A stretch of DNA of 64,000 nt from an uncultured Chthoniobacterales bacterium (GTDB lineage Bacteria; Verrucomicrobiota; Verrucomicrobiia; Chthoniobacterales; Terrimicrobiaceae). The translations under genes and the position numbers were made by a program. The DNA lies in contig CAYUMP010000016.1 of assembly GCA_964445975.1 (NCBI GenBank), forward strand, positions 3,679 to 67,678, given 5' to 3'. A model generated the notes under the pieces. That model saw only the letters and a program-made list of their open reading frames with translations. It was not told the origin of the DNA and made no database searches. Shown here piece after piece: positions 59,583-64,000 of the stretch; the stretch's first letter is position 1, and the number at the start of each line of letters is the position of its first letter.

Positions 59583-61478
59583 ATGACCCTTGTTCGTTTT
59601 TCTGCGTTGCTCTCGGTGGCAGCGGCGCTTGTTCCCGGCGCCTGGGCGGCAAGTGAACCGGCGATGCCACCGGCTCCGCCGATAGATCGGGCGCAGGTTA
59701 TTCATGTGCTCAATCGGATGACTTTCGGCATCCGGCCCGGTGACATCGAAACGGTCCAGAAGGAGGGGCTGCAGACTTACATCGAGCAGCAGCTTCATCC
59801 GGAGAAGCTGGATGATTCCGCAGTGGAGGCACAGTTCAAGGACTATCCCCTCCTCCATCTCAGCCAGAGCGACCTCCACCAGCTGTACGATGACCAGCGC
59901 AACACCGCCAAAAAAATTCGCGATCTCCAATATGGGGGAAAGAAGAGCGGCGGAGACACGATGATGGAAGAGGCGCCGACGATGCGCGAGGAGTCCATGA
60001 TGGAGTCGAAGGGCGGCCAGATGACGGACGGAGCGGCCGAAGTGATGGAAACGGCCGCCAGTGCGACTCCTGAAAAAGGCAGGGGGGGCAAGCGACTGGC
60101 GGAGATGGTCCATGCCACCGACTTGATGAAGCTGGCGGGCAACTACAATGCCGCACCCACGGAACTGTCCCACGCCAAGCTGATCCGCGCGATCGATTCA
60201 CCCCGACAACTCCAGGAGGTATTGGTGGATTTCTGGGGCAACCACTTCAACGTGGATGTGAAGAAAGGCCGCTGCGTGGTTTACAAGGTGTCAGATGACC
60301 GGGAGGTCATCCGCCCGAATGTCTTCGGCAATTTCCGCGACATGCTAGGGGCATCGGCCAAGAGCCCGGCAATGCTGTTCTATCTGGATAACGTGCAAAA
60401 CAGCGTACCAGCCCCCGCACAACCACAGCAGAAAGGGAAAAAGGGAAAGAAGGAGGGCGAGGTGGCCGCGGCGCCCAAGCCATCGAAGAAGCGCGCGCTG
60501 GGGATCAATGAAAACTATGCCCGGGAGATCATGGAACTGCACACACTCGGCGTAGATGCGGGCTATACCCAGAAGGACGTGCAGGAAGTGGCTCGCTGTT
60601 TCACGGGCTGGACGATCGACCGAAAGACAGGGCTTTTTACCTTCGACGCAATCCATCACGACAACGGCCCGAAGACAGTGCTGGGCCATCAAATTCCAGC
60701 CAACGGCGGAATGAAGGACGGGGAAATGATCATGGACATCCTGGCGGCGCATCCGGCCACGGCCCAGCATATCGCCCGGAAGCTCTGCCAGCGCTTCGTC
60801 ACCGACGAACCCTCGCCGGAGCTGGTGAATAAAATTGCAACGGTTTTCACGCAGACGAAGGGCGACCTGCGCGCGGTGACCGAAGCGATCCTGACCAGCC
60901 CGGAGTTCCTCGATCCCAAGAACTACGCCAACAAAATTAAATCACCCTTCGAGTTTGTAGTATCCGCCGTACGGGCTTCGGGCTCCGAGTATAATGAGGT
61001 TGTCGATTTCTCGAGCGCGAAAAGCGGCCGGAAAAAGGCCGAGAGTGCGGCGCTTCTGGGAAAGGGCAATGCGGCGGACACCTACGCCAATGCGAAAGCG
61101 CAGTCCCTGGCCTGGCATGTCTTACTGCTGGGTCAGCCGCTTTTTGCGTGCACCCCGCCGACCGGCTACAAGGAGGTCTCCGAGGTGTGGGTGAATCCCG
61201 GCGCGCTGATTGCGCGGCTGAATTTTGCCATGGCGCTGACGGAAGGCAAAGTGGCGGACATTCGTTTCTCCGCGAAGGAAGTGATCGGCTCGGCCGACCT
61301 CGACAAACCGGAGGGGCTACTCGACCAGTGCGTGACGTCGATCCTGCAGAAAGACGTGTCACCCACGACGAAGGCGGTGCTCACGGAATCAGCCCTGCCG
61401 CAAATGGGAGGACAAACCGTCAATCCCAACAAGCTGATCGCGCTCGTGATTGGATCGCCGGAATTTCAACGCAAATAA
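59583..61478 (+). CDS. DUF1800-domain exported protein
   Basis: Signal peptide MTLVRFSALLSVAAALVPGAWA. Patterns LVDFWGNHFNV and IMELHTLGVDAGYTQKDV are typical of DUF1800 as recalled. Confidence 0.75.
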   Translation: MTLVRFSALLSVAAALVPGAWAASEPAMPPAPPIDRAQVIHVLNRMTFGIRPGDIETVQKEGLQTYIEQQLHPEKLDDSAVEAQFKDYPLLHLSQSDLHQLYDDQRNTAKKIRDLQYGGKKSGGDTMMEEAPTMREESMMESKGGQMTDGAAEVMETAASATPEKGRGGKRLAEMVHATDLMKLAGNYNAAPTELSHAKLIRAIDSPRQLQEVLVDFWGNHFNVDVKKGRCVVYKVSDDREVIRPNVFGNFRDMLGASAKSPAMLFYLDNVQNSVPAPAQPQQKGKKGKKEGEVAAAPKPSKKRALGINENYAREIMELHTLGVDAGYTQKDVQEVARCFTGWTIDRKTGLFTFDAIHHDNGPKTVLGHQIPANGGMKDGEMIMDILAAHPATAQHIARKLCQRFVTDEPSPELVNKIATVFTQTKGDLRAVTEAILTSPEFLDPKNYANKIKSPFEFVVSAVRASGSEYNEVVDFSSAKSGRKKAESAALLGKGNAADTYANAKAQSLAWHVLLLGQPLFACTPPTGYKEVSEVWVNPGALIARLNFAMALTEGKVADIRFSAKEVIGSADLDKPEGLLDQCVTSILQKDVSPTTKAVLTESALPQMGGQTVNPNKLIALVIGSPEFQRK

Positions 61479-61490
61479 AACACCCTTCGT

Positions 61491-62810
61491 ATGAACAACG
61501 TCTCCCGCCGCATCTTTCTGAAACAAGGGGCCATGGCCTGCGTCTGCATGGGCGCGGGAGCGATGTTCGGCTCACGTTTCCTCCAGCAGAGTGCTTTCGC
61601 CGCCGATCTGGGGTCGTCCCTGGACAATAAAATCCTCATCTGCATCTTCCAGCGCGGCGCGGTGGACGGGCTCTCGATGGTGGTTCCGTACGGCGATCCT
61701 TTTTACTACAAGAACCGCACGGACATTGCGCTGGGCGCTCCGAGCAAGGCGGCGGGGAAAAATGCGAGTCTGGATCTCGACGGCTACTTTGGTTTGAATC
61801 CGGCGCTGGCTGCGTTGATGCCGATCTTCAAAGCGGGCAACCTGGCGGCCATTCAAGCGTGCGGCTCGCCCAACGCCTCGCGCTCGCACTTTGATTCTCA
61901 GGATCTGATGGAGGCCGGAGTGGAGATCGACAAGAGCATAGCAGACGGCTGGTTGAACCGAGCCCTGGGCTACTGCCCCGAGGATGCGGCAAAGGCGGCC
62001 TCACCCTTCCGCGCGACCTCGATGACTCCCACCACTCCGCGCTCGCTAATGGGTGAGCACGATACCCTCGTGGTGCGGGACCTCGACACCTTCGGCCTGT
62101 CGGGCGATGCGGCCACGCCGGTTCCATCCATGGGCGGAATGGGCGGCGGCAAGGGCGGCTTCGAAGGCATGTACGGCAGCGCGGTCGACACCGTGCTGCA
62201 TGGGACGGCGCGCGAGTCGTTCGATGCGATCGCGATGCTCAAGTCCGTGCGGGAGAAAAACTACGTGCCGGCGGATGGGGCGAAGTACCCGAACGACCGC
62301 TTCGGACGAAATCTGCGGCAGATCGCCCAATTGATCAAAGCCAACGTCGGCTTGCAGGTCGCCTTCGCCGAGATCGAGGGCTGGGACACGCACGCGAACC
62401 AAGGCAACGCGGATGGCACGCTGGCGACGCGTCTAGGTTCCTTCGGCCAGGGACTGGCCGCGCTGCATCGGGATCTCGGGGACCGGATGAATGACGTGGT
62501 GGTGGTGACGCAAAGCGAATTTGGCCGCACGGTGAAGCAAAATGGCAATCGCGGCACCGACCATGGGCATGGCACATGTTTCTTCGTGATGGGCGGGCCG
62601 ATCAAGGGCGGCAAGATTTATGGCGACTGGCCGACGCTGGCTCCAGACAAGCTCTTCCAGAACCGGGATCTGGCTGTGACGACCGACTACCGCGATGTGT
62701 TCGCCGAGGTGGCGCTGAAGCACCTGCGGGTGCCGGCGGCAAACATGCCTCAGGTATTTCCAAAGTATGCGATTAATTCCGGCCGTTTCCGGAATTTTTA
62801 CCAGGCGTAG
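61491..62810 (+). CDS. DUF1501-domain protein with a twin-arginine signal (sulfatase/alkaline-phosphatase-fold-like)
   Basis: Tat motif SRRIFLKQGA. Patterns GWDTHANQ, SEFGRTVKQNGNRGTDHGHG. Confidence 0.8.
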   Translation: MNNVSRRIFLKQGAMACVCMGAGAMFGSRFLQQSAFAADLGSSLDNKILICIFQRGAVDGLSMVVPYGDPFYYKNRTDIALGAPSKAAGKNASLDLDGYFGLNPALAALMPIFKAGNLAAIQACGSPNASRSHFDSQDLMEAGVEIDKSIADGWLNRALGYCPEDAAKAASPFRATSMTPTTPRSLMGEHDTLVVRDLDTFGLSGDAATPVPSMGGMGGGKGGFEGMYGSAVDTVLHGTARESFDAIAMLKSVREKNYVPADGAKYPNDRFGRNLRQIAQLIKANVGLQVAFAEIEGWDTHANQGNADGTLATRLGSFGQGLAALHRDLGDRMNDVVVVTQSEFGRTVKQNGNRGTDHGHGTCFFVMGGPIKGGKIYGDWPTLAPDKLFQNRDLAVTTDYRDVFAEVALKHLRVPAANMPQVFPKYAINSGRFRNFYQA

Positions 62811-62926
62811 ATGGCAAGCTCACCATCCGTTTTTAGCCACGGCTTAGCAGGAGCTTCGCCCTCCCAGCCGTTTCGATGTTTGCTTTGCAAACCGGACGAC
62901 AAGGCGATCGTCCCTTCATTTAAAAA

Positions 62927-63175
62927 TTAATCCGGGAGGGCGAGGGCCCAGCCGGGATAGAGGTGGCAGAGGAAGGCGGCTATGGCCAGGGAGGCGAGGC
63001 CCCAAAGCAGGGCGGCCGACTTGGGCGCAAAGTCTTCCCTCATGAGCACATTGCGCCCCAAAGCGAGGGAAAGCGCCAGCCAACCAATTGCGCGTCCGGC
63101 AAAATATATGGCGATAGAAAGAATGAAGAACATGGGGAGACAACTAGCTCTTAGCATATTCAACCAGTTGCGCAA
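62927..63175 (-). CDS. hypothetical small membrane protein (weak call)
   Basis: 82 aa with 2-3 hydrophobic segments. A competing overlapping frame exists (62916..63143), and the 3' end overlaps a small inverted repeat. Confidence 0.3.
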   Translation of the reverse strand: MRNWLNMLRASCLPMFFILSIAIYFAGRAIGWLALSLALGRNVLMREDFAPKSAALLWGLASLAIAAFLCHLYPGWALALPD

Positions 63176-63227
63176 GTCGGATAGAAAGGCTCTTCCGTAA
63201 AAGGCTCGTCAAAGGGAGGATTTTCCG

Positions 63228-64000
63228 ATGGGATGTCGACCGACCAGCCAAATACTCATGACCCTCCTTGGAATCGACATTGGCGGAACCGGAATCAAAG
63301 GCGCCCCGGTAGACGTAGAAACAGGTCAACTGACGGCGGAGCGATTCCGCATCGATACCCCCCAGCCGGCTTTGCCAAATGCCGTGGCTGATGTGGTCGA
63401 ACAGGTGGCGAATCACTTCAATTATAAGGGACCGACCGGGATTACCTTCCCGGCTGTGGTCAAACAGGGGGTGATCTATACCGCAGCGAATGTGGACCAT
63501 TCGTGGATCGGGACGAACGCGGGCGAGCTTTTCTCAAAGCATGTCAATGGACCGGTCGCGGTGGTGAATGATGCCGATGCGGCGGGAATCGCGGAAATGC
63601 GCTTCGGCGCCGGCAAGGACCGCAAGGGCGTGGTGATCATGCTCACACTGGGCACCGGCATCGGTTCGGCGATTTTCCTGGATGGAAACCTGCTGCCGAA
63701 TTCGGAATTCGGACATCTGCGGATTCGCGGCAAGGACGCCGAGAGGCGGGCCTCGGAGAAGATCCGCGAGGACAAGAAGCTTTCCTGGAAACAGTGGGCC
63801 AAACGGTTGAGCGAGTTCCTCAACGAAATGGAAAAACTGTTCTCCCCCGATCTCTTCATCATCGGCGGAGGCATCAGCAAGAAGTCGGAAAAATTCTTCC
63901 CGCTGCTGACGACGAAGACCGAGGTGATCGTGGTGCCGGCGCAGATGCGCAATGACGCCGGGATCATCGGTGCAGCCTATCTGGCCAAATCGGTGGCGCA
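63228..64000 (+). CDS. ppgK: polyphosphate/ATP glucokinase (ROK family), 3' end truncated by the window edge
   Basis: Not in the ORF track because no stop lies in the window. GGGAGGA lies 7 nt upstream of ATG 63228. The translation contains [46 protein letters not shown] and IIGGGISK. An alternative start is ATG 63258. Confidence 0.85.
   Translation, partial: MGCRPTSQILMTLLGIDIGGTGIKGAPVDVETGQLTAERFRIDTPQPALPNAVADVVEQVANHFNYKGPTGITFPAVVKQGVIYTAANVDHSWIGTNAGELFSKHVNGPVAVVNDADAAGIAEMRFGAGKDRKGVVIMLTLGTGIGSAIFLDGNLLPNSEFGHLRIRGKDAERRASEKIREDKKLSWKQWAKRLSEFLNEMEKLFSPDLFIIGGGISKKSEKFFPLLTTKTEVIVVPAQMRNDAGIIGAAYLAKSVA

Overview
GC-rich bacterial chromosomal segment with no rRNA, tRNA, CRISPR or transposase/integrase genes detectable by eye. 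The lineage is probably Verrucomicrobiota/PVC. That call rests only on recalled family content (a 'Verru_Chthon'-type prepilin cassette, DUF1800/DUF1501, DUF2934) and cannot be verified here. Layout: (1) 0-13.4 kb is an accessory locus. It combines acid-sugar catabolism genes (Kelch propeller, MFS transporter, enolase-superfamily dehydratase, aldo-keto reductase, GntR regulator, Gfo/Idh/MocA oxidoreductase, HpcH-type aldolase) with an orphan GspH/I/J/K-like minor-pseudopilin cassette whose K-like member is about 1088 aa. Every transcription unit in this locus carries a recurrent ATGCAT-rich motif. (2) recA follows. (3) 14.6-29.3 kb, minus strand, holds the fused S10-spc-alpha ribosomal protein operons (rpsJ to rpsD, with secY, adk, map, infA and rpmJ). 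These operons deviate from the usual arrangement in several ways. An 804-nt gene for a secreted coiled-coil protein sits between rpsS and rplV. rpsN and rpmD are absent, and rpoA/rplQ do not follow rpsD. S11 has an N-terminal extension of about 100 aa. (4) 29.7-37.4 kb carries a fatty-acid desaturase, a DEAD-box helicase, a second infA paralog, rmuC, and a stand-alone fusA without rpsL, rpsG or tuf. (5) 37.4-64 kb is housekeeping. It includes a DUF360 membrane protein coupled to an Anbu-type proteasome homolog, trpF, leuB, mreBCD-mrdA, rng, cysD-cysNC, a U32 peptidase, an AEC transporter, a prenyl diphosphate synthase, purN-uvrD-mtnN, an aldehyde dehydrogenase, a DUF1800/DUF1501 pair and a partial ppgK. 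Many long ORFs in the track are antisense shadows typical of high-GC DNA and were rejected. The most unusual items are the extra gene inside the S10 operon, the shared 22-bp motif linking pseudopilins to sugar-acid genes, and the giant GspK-like protein. All functional calls come from reading the translated sequence against remembered family signatures. No database search was run.
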